Source: a bacterium (GTDB lineage: Bacteria; Verrucomicrobiota; Kiritimatiellia; RFP12; UBA1067). Taken from it: a stretch of 33,237 nt of DNA. Below, one piece after another: positions 1 through 12,300 of this stretch (positions within the stretch are counted from its first letter, which is position 1; every line of letters starts with the position of its first letter). Position numbers and translations under genes: made by a program. The notes beneath the pieces were generated by a model. The model had not been told where the DNA came from. It saw only the letters and a program-made list of their open reading frames with translations, and made no database searches. The stretch is from positions 1 to 33,237 of the forward strand of contig CAVERN010000002.1 in assembly GCA_963618095.1 (NCBI GenBank). The letters are read 5' to 3'.

Positions 1-366
1 GGCCTCGATGCCGCCGAGGTTCGCCGGCATGTGCAGGGGGCCGAACTTGACGAGCCTCTTCGCCTTCGCCATCACCGACTTCGTGAAGAGCACGGAGTCC
101 TTGAACACCTCCGCGCCGTGGAGGACGCGGTGGCCGATGGCGTCGATCTGGAGAGGTTGAGAGGAAGAGGAGCCGAGGGCGGGGTTGGCCGACAGCTCCG
201 CGACGACCGTCTTCAGGGCCTCGGCGTGGTCCTTCGGGCCGCCGCAGCCGATGCGCTCCACAACGCCCTTGCAGAGCGCCTTCTCGCCCTCCATGTCGAA
301 GAGCTCATACTTGAGGGACGACGACCCCGAATTGACTACGAGAACCTTTCTGATTTTCCTTTTCAT
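1..366 (-). CDS. ackA: Acetate kinase, 5' portion (122 codons; the gene continues beyond the window start)
   Basis: Absent from the ORF track because it runs off the window. Reverse-complement translation from the ATG at 366-364 gives MKRKIRKVLVVNSGSSSLKYELFDMEGEKALCKGVVERIG...QIDAIGHRVLHGAEVFKDSVLF...FGPLHMPANLGGIEA. This carries the acetate/propionate kinase N-terminal signatures (VxNxGSSSLK, GHRVxHGx, PLHxPANL). The ATG lies 4 nt after the giant gene's stop (373-371). Confidence 0.85.
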   Translation of the reverse strand, partial: MKRKIRKVLVVNSGSSSLKYELFDMEGEKALCKGVVERIGCGGPKDHAEALKTVVAELSANPALGSSSSQPLQIDAIGHRVLHGAEVFKDSVLFTKSVMAKAKRLVKFGPLHMPANLGGIEA

Positions 367-370
367 CTTT

Positions 371-3300
371 TCACTGCTCGATTTCAACCTTGAAGAAGCC
401 CCTGGAGGCGTCCAGGCCCAGGTCGGAGAGCGCCTTCGTGAACACGGCGTCCACCGCGCCGTCCTCGACCGCGAACTCAACGGGCTCGCGCACCTCGCTC
501 CACTCGCCGCCGAGCGAGTCGGAGTACTTGACGACGAGCGTCGCCCTGACCTTGCCGTCCGAGACGAACAGCGTGCTGCCGGCGAGCGGGTCCTCCGCCT
601 CGGCGGACATCGCTATCGAGACCACGCCGTCCGCGAGCCCGAGCGACGTCACCGTGAGGGTCGAGCCCTTGATGGACGGCTCCACGGTGTCGACGGCCGA
701 GATGAGGGAGGCGAGGGACGCGCTCATGCGGCGGGAGGCGACGGACGCGAGCTGCACCGGCATTCCGCCGTTGACGAGGTCGGAGATCGCGCTCTCGAGG
801 TTCGGGTTCACCGTGATGTACCCGTTGTTCGCGTTCGTGGAGACGTTCTTCTTCTCGAGGAAGTTCGCCTTGGACGTGCCCGCGACGTCGTACTCGTAGA
901 CGTCAGGCAGGCAGTCCTGGTCGGTGTCGGCGTCCTCCACGTAGACCTTGGCGACGCCGGGGTTGACGCCGTAGCCCAGCGTGACGGCAAGCGGGGTGAA
1001 GATCGTCCCCGACGCCTCGCCGCTCGCGCGGGCGCAGAGGTAGCCCCACGACTCCCACTGGTCCTTCTCGAAGTCGCCGTCGCTGTCGAGATATGCGCGC
1101 ACGTAGTACGTGCCGGCGTCCAGCCCGCGGATGCGGGCGTTGACCGTGCCGTCCACGTTCGTCACGCTCGAGAGGTCTGCCACGAACGCGCGCCCGGCGG
1201 GGTCGCCCGTGAAGTCGGGCGTGGTGAACGCCTCGACGCGCAGGATTCCGGGCGTCTTGGACGAGAGCGCGCTGACGGCGCCCGGGCCGTAGTACTTGAC
1301 CAGCGCCTCGAGCGTGAACTTGCCGGCGGCGTTGACCTCGTCCTCGCCGTAGGCGTTCATGCGGAAGGTCCTCGCGTCGGACCAGCTGTCGGACTGGAAC
1401 TTCGAGTTGTACACCGACACCTGCCAGGTGTAGTTCGCCAGGTTCCTGAACACCGCGCCGAGGGAGGTCTGGTCGTCCACGTAGAGCGGAGGCGTCCACT
1501 CGTACGCGCCCGCGACGTTGCGCGGCGGCAGGCGGCGCTTGCCGGAGTTCCACACCACCTTGCCGGCGGAGTCCTTCACCTGGATCGCGAAGGCGGTGTA
1601 GGTGTCGGGACGGTCGCCCGCGATGCTCCACCTAAACGTCGGACGGGCGCCGTAGAACACGGCCTCCGTCGCCTCGGCCGAGACGGGCACGCCCTTCGCC
1701 TGGGTCCTGCCGAACTCGCGACTGAACTCGATGTACGGACGGCCCGACGGCGTCTTGATCTCCTGGACGACGTTCACCGGCTCGGAGTAGACGCGGTACG
1801 TGACGGACGTCACGGGCGAATAGTTCAGATTCACCTTCTTCATGACCTCGCTCTGGAAGTAGTTCCAGTCGATGTCGAGGTTGCCGTCCGAGAGGAAGTC
1901 GCCCTCGTGCAGGTAGTCGCGGCCGAGCACCTCCTTGCCGGCCACCATGCGGTTCGTCACCGCGGAGACCGTAGCATAGGCGTCGAGCAGATAGCGGTAC
2001 ACGTACACCATGCCGTTCGTCGCGCTCTCGGAGGAGGCGCTGTCGGTCTCGTTCGTGCTCACGAACGAGAGCGTCGGGCGCGAGCAGACCGGGCTCTCCG
2101 CCGTCATCTCAAGCTCGAGCGACGCGCCGCTCCAGCCAACGTCCACGCCGCTGACCACGCCCATCGGCTCGCCATCGGACCAGACGCCGTTCGAGTCGAG
2201 GTCGACGAACGCCACGAACGTGTTCTTGCCCTCGCGCACATGGCCCGAATCCGCTTCGGAGAGCGAGTACTCCCACTCGGACTCGCCCGCGACGCGGATG
2301 CTGTCCCACGTCACCTTCATGTAGCTCTTGGAGAGGTCGATGCGGGAGTACTCGTTGGAGACGCTCGGGCGGTAGAACGTGTAGACGCCGCTGCCGTCGT
2401 CCGAGTCCGACTCGCCGGAGGAGCTGGAGATGTAGTAGGCGTAGCCGGTCAGATCGGAGAGATTCAGCGTCAGCTCGCCGGTCTTGTAGGAGATCGTGCC
2501 CACGGAGTCGTTCAGCTTCACTATGTCGGCGGTCTCGACATTGCCCGCTCGCACGGACTCCACGAGCCCCTGGTGCCATTCCGTCGAGGCGGGATTGAGA
2601 AGCAGGAGGCTCCCGGTTCCGTCATTCTTGCACTCGGTCATGTCCCTGAACAGGATGTTGACCGAACCCGGCACCACGTAGCCCGGGCCGAGGTTGGCCG
2701 TGAGCGTGCCGGTTGCGGGATTCAGCCCGAGCATGCGCTCCATGGACTTCGTCTCCGAGGATCCGGGGATCGTCCAGGTGGCGTCGGCCTTCCTGAGCGA
2801 GGAGTCGGAGTACGCCTTCACCACGATCGGGGCGGAGATGTCCTCGGCGTCCTTGCAGAAGAGCTTCGCCTTGATCATCGGCACGGGATACTCGGCGAGG
2901 GACTCGCCGCCGGCCATGAGCTTGGCGGTGCGGTCGGGCATCGTGCCGGCGCGGCACTCGGCGTAGTTGCTCCAGCCGTCGGCGTCGTTGTCCCGGTGGG
3001 CGTCGTACGCCCCCGCCGTCACGTAGGCGTCGGAGAACCTGTCCTCCCACCAGTCCTCCATGAAGTCGTGGTCGGAGAAGAGCTCGCCGAGATAGAGGCG
3101 GCCCGCCCGGCGGAAGTAGTCGTACTCCTTGCCGTTCGTCATCGGCTTGGTCGGGTCAACCGTGCCGAACTTGAACACCTCGGAGACGAGGTACTCGGCC
3201 CAGTCCGCGAGGCCGTCCATGTCCTGGTCGTTGCGGCCTATTCCGTCAAGGCCGTACATCTTCTGCCACCAGTCCTTCACGCCGTCGCCGTTGGAGTCGG

Positions 3301-6300
3301 CCTTCGACGCGTACGCGGAGTCGACGGCGCCGCTCGGGAGCAGGCCTTCCGCGAGCGCGCGGAGGTAGGCCTCCACCGTCGTGTAGCCGAGGGCCTCCGC
3401 CCAGTCGGGGATGCTGTTGCCGTTCGCGTCCAGCACCTCGCCCGCGGCCGTGGTCTCGGCCCAGGCGTCCATCGCGCCCTGGCCGTCCCAGTAGTCCGTG
3501 CCGCGGCGCGCGAACGCGCCGCCGAGCGGCACGAGGTCGCTCGTGCCCACGAAGTCGCTGCGCAGCTGGAACTCGTAGCGCCTGGCGAGGAAGTCGCCGA
3601 TGCTGGAGGAGGCCGTCACCGCGAGGCGCGGGGCGGTGTAGAGCCGCATGTAGTGGTTGAAGCGGTCGCGGTTGTAGAAGTAGTACGGGTAGGGGTTCGC
3701 CGAGTTCGGGAACTCGTAGCGCTCCGCGTTCTGGAGGCCGGCGAGCACCATGTGGTACGCGGAGGCGACGCCTGCGGCGTGCTCGCTCCAGTACTGGGAG
3801 TCGGCGCACGAGCCGTCCATGAACGGCAGGTGGGCGACGGTGTTGCCGATCCACGGCACTATCGCGTGGTTGAGGTACACCTCGCTCTTCACGCCGCAGC
3901 CGTCCCACCAGCCGACGCGGAGGAAGCTGTCGAGCGTCTTGCCGTTCGGACGGCGCACGTTGTCCATCACCGCCGCCTGGAACCCGGTCGGCTCGGTCAT
4001 CACGCTCGATGCCTCGGCGGCGCCGGGCAGGGTGGTGAACGAGTAGTGCTGGAGCAGCTCCGCGGGGAGGGCGGCGCTGCCGTCTCCGCCGTTGCGCGTC
4101 GCGCCGTTGAGCCAGCGCCTGTACACGCTGTCGCGCAGGGCCGAGACATCGGCGAGGGTGTAGCGCTTGAGGTAGTCGGCGTTGATGTCGGCGGCCGAGC
4201 GGGCGCCGTCCCACACGCGCACCTCGTCGATCCAGCCCCGGAAGAAGGAGCCGTAGTCATCCCAGCTCGTCTCCTCGCCGAGGGTGAAGGCGCCGGCGCC
4301 GAGCGTCTTCGCGCCGAGCACGAACGAGCACGGGAGGGTGCGGTAGCCGATGAACGCCATTGCGGAGAGCCCGGCGTCCTGCAGGATGCCGTCCACGCCG
4401 TTGGCGGGCAGCACGCCCGCGCCGGAGACGGACGCGACCGGGGACATGGAGCCGTTCACGTAGAGCGCCGCCTTGGAGCCGTCGAAGGCGAAGGCCACGT
4501 GGGTCCACTTTCCGTCCTCGAGGGCCGCGCCGGTTGCGCGCACGGACGCGGAGCTGAGCGTGGAGCCCTCGAACTCGCCGTAGAGGCGGCCGGAGGCGTC
4601 GACGCCGATGCGGAAGTTGGCGCGGATCGCGGAGGTCGCGTTGGAGAGCGTGGACGCGCCGTAGTTGCAGACGCGCTCGAGGATCACCGCGTCGGACGCG
4701 GCGCCGTCGGGACGCACCCAGCACTCCACGGTGAACTGCTTGAGGAGGTCCGGCTCGGTGGCCGCGGCGCGGCGGAACTCGCCGTTGCGGGTGGCGGCGG
4801 CGGAGCCGACGCCGTCCACGAGGCCCGGCAGGTAGAGCGCCTGGCGGCAGTCGGGGTCGGTGAAGTCGAGCGGGTCGCTCGTCGCCTCGAGGCCGCGGGT
4901 GAGCTCAGTGGAGTCGCGCCTGAAGTCGTGGTCAGTGTCGAAGCCCTCGTTCTCCTCGAACGCGAACATCCACTCGGAGCTCCTCCCGCCCATGCCGTAG
5001 GCGGCGAGGCGGAGGCTCCACTTCATGTCGTCCCACGGGAAGCCGAAGATGTCCGGATACGAGGTGAGCGGGTCGTAGCCCTCGACCTCCTTGACGTACG
5101 GGTCGGGGTTGTAGTACTGCGAGGTGAAGCTCGCGAAGCTCCCGGACGTGGAGTCGGTCATCCACAGCGGGGTCGGGTCGGTGTGGGTGTACTGCGGCGA
5201 GGTGACGTTCGCCTTGATGGACTCCTCGTCGTTGCGCAGGCCGTCGCCGTCGGCGTCGCACTCCATCGTGCCGATCATCCACGGGTAGCGGATGGCGTCG
5301 AACGCGGGCTGCACGAGGTCGGTCGGCCAGCCGGTCCAGTAGTTGCTCCAGGAGGTGATCTTGCCGTTGTGGATGGAGGCGATCACGTCGTAGCGCAGGT
5401 TCGGGAAGCCGTACTCGTTCTCGCCGGACGGGTCGACCGCGCTTCCGAGCAGCGGGTTGAGGCCGTGGAAGAGCTCGTAGTAGTCGTCCATGCCGTCGTT
5501 GTCGGAGTCCCAGCGGCGCGGGTCGGTGGTGGCGTAGCGCATCGCGCCGTTGACGTAGTACCTCAGCACCGAGGTCGGGAGGAACCCGAGCGGCGGGAGC
5601 ATCACGCGGTAGCCCGCGCCCTCGGACTTCTCGTAGTTCGCGCACGCGCTCTGCCCCTGCGTGTTGAGCCGGAGCGGATCCCACTCGTGCGGCGGCAGGG
5701 TGAAGTAGCCGAGCTCGGAGAAGCGCCAGGTCGACAGGCCCGTGAAGCCGTTCGCGAGGCAGCGCTTGTGGAACGCCTCGCCGTCCCACGCGCTGAACGG
5801 GATGAACTTCACGAACTTCGCGTCAGTGAGGATGCCGTTCTCGGGGCTGGAGAGCGCCTGCACCGTGGACGGGTCGAGGCCCATCAGCGGGGTGGAGGGG
5901 TCGTCGTAGCGGAGGTGGCGCAGGGACTGCACGAGGTACTCCTGGCAGTTGACGAGGCCGTCGTGGTCGAAGTCGAGGCACGGGTCGCCGTTCCAGGTGC
6001 CGTCCATGCCGCCGCGGATCGCGTAGCCCGTCTCGGACACGGCGGACTGCTTGCCGTCGGCCTCCGTGAGGGTCGCGAGGTCGGTCGCGGAGAGGCCGGG
6101 GTCGGTCTCGGGCTTGCCGTCCTTGAACACGATGCCCGCGAACTGGAACTCCCAGGCGTCAGGCAGGAGGTCGCCGTCCGTGTCCACGGTGCAGGGGTTG
6201 AGGCCGCCGCCGCGGAAGCAGGTCGTCGTGCCGTCGAGCGCGTACTTCTCGGCGTTCTCCTCCTTGCCGTAGATGAACGAGAAGGTGCCGCTGTACTCGC

Positions 6301-9300
6301 TGCGGCCGACGTAGAGCGTGTCGCTCCAGCTGGAGCCCTCCGCGTCGTCCTTCACGCCGTCGCCGTCGGTGTCCATGTCGTACGGATTGGTCGGGAAGAA
6401 CTTGTTCCACCAGCCGAGCGTCTTTCCGGGATTGTTCTTCGTGATCGACTCGGCCTCGGGGAAGATCTCCGCCCCGTCCATGTCGAAGCGGTTGGTGTAG
6501 GCGTTGCAGGAATCGACGCCGGCGTACTCGGCGAGGAGCGTGAGCGCGTCCTTGTCGTCCGCCCAGCCGGACGCGAGCGTGGCGTCGTCGTGGTTGTTCG
6601 GGTCGGAGTTGACGTAGAGCTCCCAGCCGTCCGGGATGCCGTCGTAGTCCGTGTCCGCGCCGTGGACGTCGTGCTCCTGCTCAAGCCACTCCCAGTACGA
6701 CACGACCGTGCGGTTCGTGGAGTTGTCGAACGGGGAGACCTCGCTGCGGGCGGCGTACTGCTCGCGCACGAAGGTGACGGGCAGGTTCGGGTAGGTGGTC
6801 GCGGAGGTCATGTACGCGATTGTCGTCGGGGCGCCCTCGGCGACCAGGTACGCGTCGCCGCCATGGAGGAGCGACTCGGTCTCGGAGCGGGAGCCGTCCG
6901 ACCCGATCTTGCGCATCTGCTGGCGGTACTGCATCACGAGGTACTCGTCGCGGGAGGTGTAGGGGGCCGTCCTCACCGCGAGGCCCGCCTCGCCCTTCTG
7001 CGAGGCGCTGGTCACGAGGCCGTTCTCGCTGACGGTCGTCGGCTCCCAGCGCACGTCCACGTAGCCGTTGGCGTTGATGTTCCACGCGACGCGCGGGTCA
7101 AAGCCGTACTGGCTGAACACCTGGTTGTGGACGAGGGTGACCTTGTGCTTCTTCTCGACCTTCGAGACGGCGGGGCGCTCCACGCCGTTCTTGGGGTCGT
7201 CCCTGACCGGGGCCGCGGCGTAGTGCGCGGCGTTCGTGCCGCAGGGCACGTACGTCACGCCGTCGCCGCCGTAGTTGAAGAGAGGCAGCGCCTTCGCCGT
7301 CGACTCCGTCTCGAGCGTGACCGGGTTGCGCCAGGTGAAGCCGCCGGAGGGCCCGACCAGGCCCGCGCCGATCGCCATCACCCTCACCTGCGTCATCTGC
7401 GCGGGCGCGTCGGAGACCGCCGCGACGGGCGTGCCGGCGGGAAGCGTGATGGACTCGCCGAGGTAGAGCGAGCCGTCGTCGTGCTCGTACGTGCCGAAGC
7501 AGGCCGTGTCCACGGCGAGCATGAGCTGCCCAAGCCCGTTCGGGCCGACAAGGGCGGGCTTCGCCGCGCACCACACGTCCTCGGTCTTGGCCCCGGCGAT
7601 CCTCTTGACCAGGTAGTAGGCGGAGGCGACGGTCGCCTCCTCGGCGGCGTCGGAGGTCTCGGCGGCGTTCACCGCCGTGCCGGCGGCGACCGTCACGGGC
7701 TCGAGGTTGGCGAGATAGACGACGTCGCCAATCTTCACCGTCTGGAAGCACTGCGCGTCGGCGGTCAGCGCCGCGCCGTCGTGCTGGGCGGCCTCGACCG
7801 AGTAGTAGACCACGTCGCCGGAGGCGTCGGAGACGGTGAGCCGGTACACGTTCGTGGAGACGGAGACCGGATCGGCGGTGAACGTCGGGGACGTCTTCGT
7901 GGGCAGGGCGAAGATCTCGCCGTTCGAGAACGTGTAGACCGTGAACGTGTCGCCGTCGTACTCGCAGCGCGCCATGAAGTCGCAGTCGGGGTTGTCCGCC
8001 CCGTCCTTCGCGTTGAGCGGGTCGAGGCCGTTCATCACCTCCCAGAGGTCGTTGACGCCGTCGCCGTCGGAATCCCAGTCGACCGGGTTCGTGCCGAGCG
8101 CGAACTCCTCGAGGTCGGTGAGGCCGTCGTTGTCGGTGTCGCGGTCGATGGAGCCCCTCTCGAGCGGGTTGAACGCCGCGGCGATCTCCTCGGGCGCGAT
8201 GCGGGCGGAGGAGGCCGGGGAGGCGATGGAGTACCTGCGGCCCTCGAGCCTGCCCCACACGCCGTTCGTCACCGCGCCGACCTTGGCGTAGTACCAGAAG
8301 TAGTACTCCCAGCCGTCGCTGAAGCCGTCGCCGTCCGTGTCCGCCTTCGCCGGGTTCAGGCGCACGCCGCCCTCCTGCCAGGCCTCGGGCGTCCACTTCG
8401 CCCCGGTCGCCCAGTTCGTCGCGGCGACGTAGTCGGCGGCGGCGACGCCCGTGAGCGAGTTGCCGGCGGACACGAAGTCGGAGAGCAGCGCGTAGCGCTC
8501 CGCCTCGCTGAGGTCGTAGTCGGAGACTCCCGGCTCGTTGAGGCCGCTGTGCATGCCGCGGATCTCGTAGAGGGCGTCGAACGGGACGCCCGGGCCCCAG
8601 TCGAGGGTCGTGGGCTTCAGCGGGTTGGCGGAGCCGGCCGCCGCCGGGAAGAAGTCCAGGTCGCCGTTGTACGCGGAGATGTCCGCGAGGTCCGCGTCCG
8701 AAACCTCGCCCTCGTCGCCCTCGCCGCCCTCGGCGGAGCCGCCGCTGACGATCTCGCAGAGGCGCGCGGTCTCGCCGGCGTCGCTCGTCCAGGTGCGCAC
8801 GGCGTAGGCGTCGGGGATGCCGTCGGCGTTGATGTCGCCCATGTTGTCCGCCACGTACTTCTCGCGGGAGAAGATCGCGAGGGCCATCGTGTCGGGATAG
8901 GTGTACTCGGTCTGCGTGGACGGCAGCGTGATCATCGTCTCGCCCTTCCTGCCCGGCGCGGGCGAGCCGGCGGTCCAGGTGGTCTCGGAGGAGGAGCCGG
9001 ACGACGACGAGGAGGACGACGAGCTGGAGTCGCTGCTCGGCACGTACTTGAACCAGCGGTAGAAGAAGCTGTCGTAGAGGCTGTCGTTCCTGTAGTGCGG
9101 GGCGTCGGTGCCGTCGCCGGTCTCGTTCGGGGCGGAGGACTTGCCCACGGACGTGGACTCGTCCGTCTCGCCGGCGGCGTAGCCCTGGCCGTAGACGGAC
9201 GCGGAGCGGGAGCTCGTGCCGTACGTCCAGGTGTGCCTGAAGGACGTGATGGAGCCGAAGTTGCCGTCCGCCCACACGCGGCCCACGCCGCGGCCGGGCT

Positions 9301-12300
9301 GGGTGAGGTACTTGGCGATCGCGTCGCTGTCAACCGCCGCGACGGAAGGCCCGTACGGATAGAGGAACACGTTCTTGGACGTCTCCACGAAGAACCAGAT
9401 GACCTTGCTGGAGGCTACGTCGCCGTCCTTGTCCGTCGCGGTGATCTTGAGCTTGTTGATGCCGGGCGTCTCGAACCACACGCTGAATATGCCGCTGCTC
9501 TCGTTCGTCACGGTGCCGATCTCGTGGCCGCCGATCACGGCGCACGTCACGAGCAGGTTGGTCGACCCGTGGTTGGAGGCCACGAGGTCGCCGTCTACGT
9601 CGCTCACGCTCCACCTGAAGTTGAAGTGCTCGTTCGGGGCGTACGTCACGCCCATCATGGCGTTCGTCTCCGTGTCCTGCCCCTCGTAGTCGGGGTCGAC
9701 GGTGATCGCGGGCTTGGTGTTCTGGAGGCGGAAGTAGTTCGTGGAGACCGTGTAGAGCTCGTTCCACGGGGTGCCGCTCGGGCTGGCGCCGGTGGACGTC
9801 ACCTTCGCGACCAGGCGGTAGAGCTGCGGCTTCTTGACGAGCCCGCGGCCGAGGTAGGTGCCGTCGAAGCCGACGAACGCGAAGCTGTTGGAGTAGGCGT
9901 TGCGCGTGAACTTGAACTCCCTCTTCGAGATCTCGGGCGCGACGTCCGTGTCCGCCGCAGCCGGCGCGTAGCTGTTGTCGAGGGCCTCAATCGCCACCTC
10001 GACCTGCACGCTGCCGAAGCCCGTTATGTTCGGGCTCGAGTTGAGCCCTACCGAGAAGCCCATCGGCTCGCCGGCGAGGAGGTCGCCCTCGGTGAAGACC
10101 GGCACGCCGTCCGACCCGGAGGTGAACGTGCCGTAGGGATTCGTGTCGACGTACGGGTTCCTGTCGATCTGCAGCTCGAACACGTACGCGTCGCCCCAGT
10201 CGTTGCCGGGGTTGAGCGAGTCGCCCTCCGGGTACGCCGAGACGGCCGTGCCGCTCATGTCGAGGCCCTTCCAGGGGTCGTAGACCCACTTCGCGCCGTC
10301 GTAGTAGAGGTAGTCCGGCTTGTTGCCGCGCATGTCCTTGTCCTGGGCGCGCACGGAGAACTGGTACTCGCCGCAGAAGGCCTCGTCGAGCTGGTCAGTG
10401 CCGAACATGTCCCTCATGTCGAGGGTGCTGTCGAGGCCGACGGTGTAGTACACGAGGTTCGGCTTCTCGGGGTACTTCCCGCTGTCGTCCTTCTGGCGGA
10501 CCTCCCAGGAGTAGACGACCTGGGCGGCGTCCGCGCCCGCCTTGTCGGCGTCCACGTCGGAGAGCTGGCTCACGCGGAACGTGCGCATCGGGTCGCTCAG
10601 GCTCATCACGATCCTATCGGTCGCGAGCTTGTCCTGGGCGGTCGCGTTGTTCCTGGCGCGGACCTCGGTTATCACGGGGAAGTTGTTCGTGACGTCGATC
10701 ACGAGCGTGTTCTCGGTGAACTCCGTGATGCGGCTGGCGGGATTCCAGACCTCCGAGGAGCAGAGCTTTATGTTGTAGACGAAGTGGCCGGAGTCGTTGT
10801 CGTAGAACCTGAGGCCGTTCCCGCTCGTGAGCGCGTCGGAGACCGCCGCGAGCGCCCCGCTCGAGAACGGAACGCCCCGGCCCGCGGAGCCGCGCGCCGC
10901 CTCGTCGACGGTGTTCGTGGTGAAGAACGCGGCGTAGGAGAGGTTCCTCGCGGCGTCGTTCGCGGGCTCGAGGTAGGCGTAGAGGGAGCTCGCGCTCGCC
11001 GTCTCGGAGAGCGTGAACGTCACGCTCTGCACGCCGCCCTCGCCGACGATCGGGGCCGAGATCGCCGCGGACACGTTCTTGGGCTGCCTGACGTAGACGT
11101 AGAACGCGCGCTCGGACGTGCGGCCGTCGGAGTTCGTCACCTTGATGGTGGTGTTCATGTTCTGGTCGGCCGAGGGGACGGGATACGACACCGGCACGTA
11201 GAGGACGCCGTCCTCGTCCGGCACGAGCGGATTGCCGTCCGCGTCCCTGTCAATCACGATCTTGGCGCCGCCCTCGTACTGCCACGTCACCTTGAAGGCG
11301 CCGTTCGTGCCGTCCAGCCCGAACATGTTGCGGTACGTGTCGCTGACGCGCACCTCGAAGACCGTCTCCACGCCGCCGCGGATCGAGAGGGCGGAGTTCG
11401 TGGCGGACGAGGCGATGTCCGCCGGGGCGTAGCCGTTCACGCTGACGATCTCGGGCTTCGTGCCGTACACCGTGAGGGTGAGGGGCTTGACGGTGAAGTA
11501 CGCGGCCATCGCCGGGTCGTCGAAGTACGGGGTGACCACGATCCTGTCGCCCTTCACGCCGGAGGTGAGCGCTCCGAGGGCGTACAGGGCCTTCGGGTTC
11601 GCGGGGTCCTCGGTCGACTCGGTCTCGCCGGACGGTATCGTCACGGAGAGCGGAAGGCCGTCCGTGTAGCCGCCCTCCTGGCTGGCCGAGATGGCGATCA
11701 GGCCGTCGGGGATCGCCTCCTCGCCGTTCACCTCGTACTTGAGCTTGACCTCTACCGGGTCGTCGGCGGTCCAGGCCTGCGTGAGCTCGACCTTGAACGG
11801 AATGGTGTTCGTGTAGTCGGAGGTCGCGTTGATCGTGCACGCGGAGGCGCCGTTGGCGAGCACGGTGACGGTCGGGGCGAGCGGATCGAGGCACGCGACG
11901 GTGCGGGAGACGAAGTTCGTGATCGTCCTGCCGCTCGCGCTCGTTATGTTCGTGAGGGTGGAGGAGAGGAAGAGCTCGGTGGAGGTGCCCCTCGTCACGC
12001 CGCGGAGGCGGAACTGGAGGCTCGCGTCGCTGCCGTCGATCGTGAGCTTGAGCACGCGGGTGGAGCCCACCACGTACTGCGCGTCGGGAAGCACCACGGA
12101 GTTGGTGTCGGCGGTCCAGAGGTACACGGACCCGCTGTAGTCGCCGGCGAGCTCGCCGGGGATCGCGAGCGAGGGCACGAACTCCTTCGTGCTCGTGGAG
12201 CGCTCGTGCACGGCGCGCCAGACGGGGTTGCCGGCGGCGTCGCTCTCTGCGTTGGAGTCGAAGTCGATGGACTTGACGAAGATGCCGGCGTTGAAGAGCG

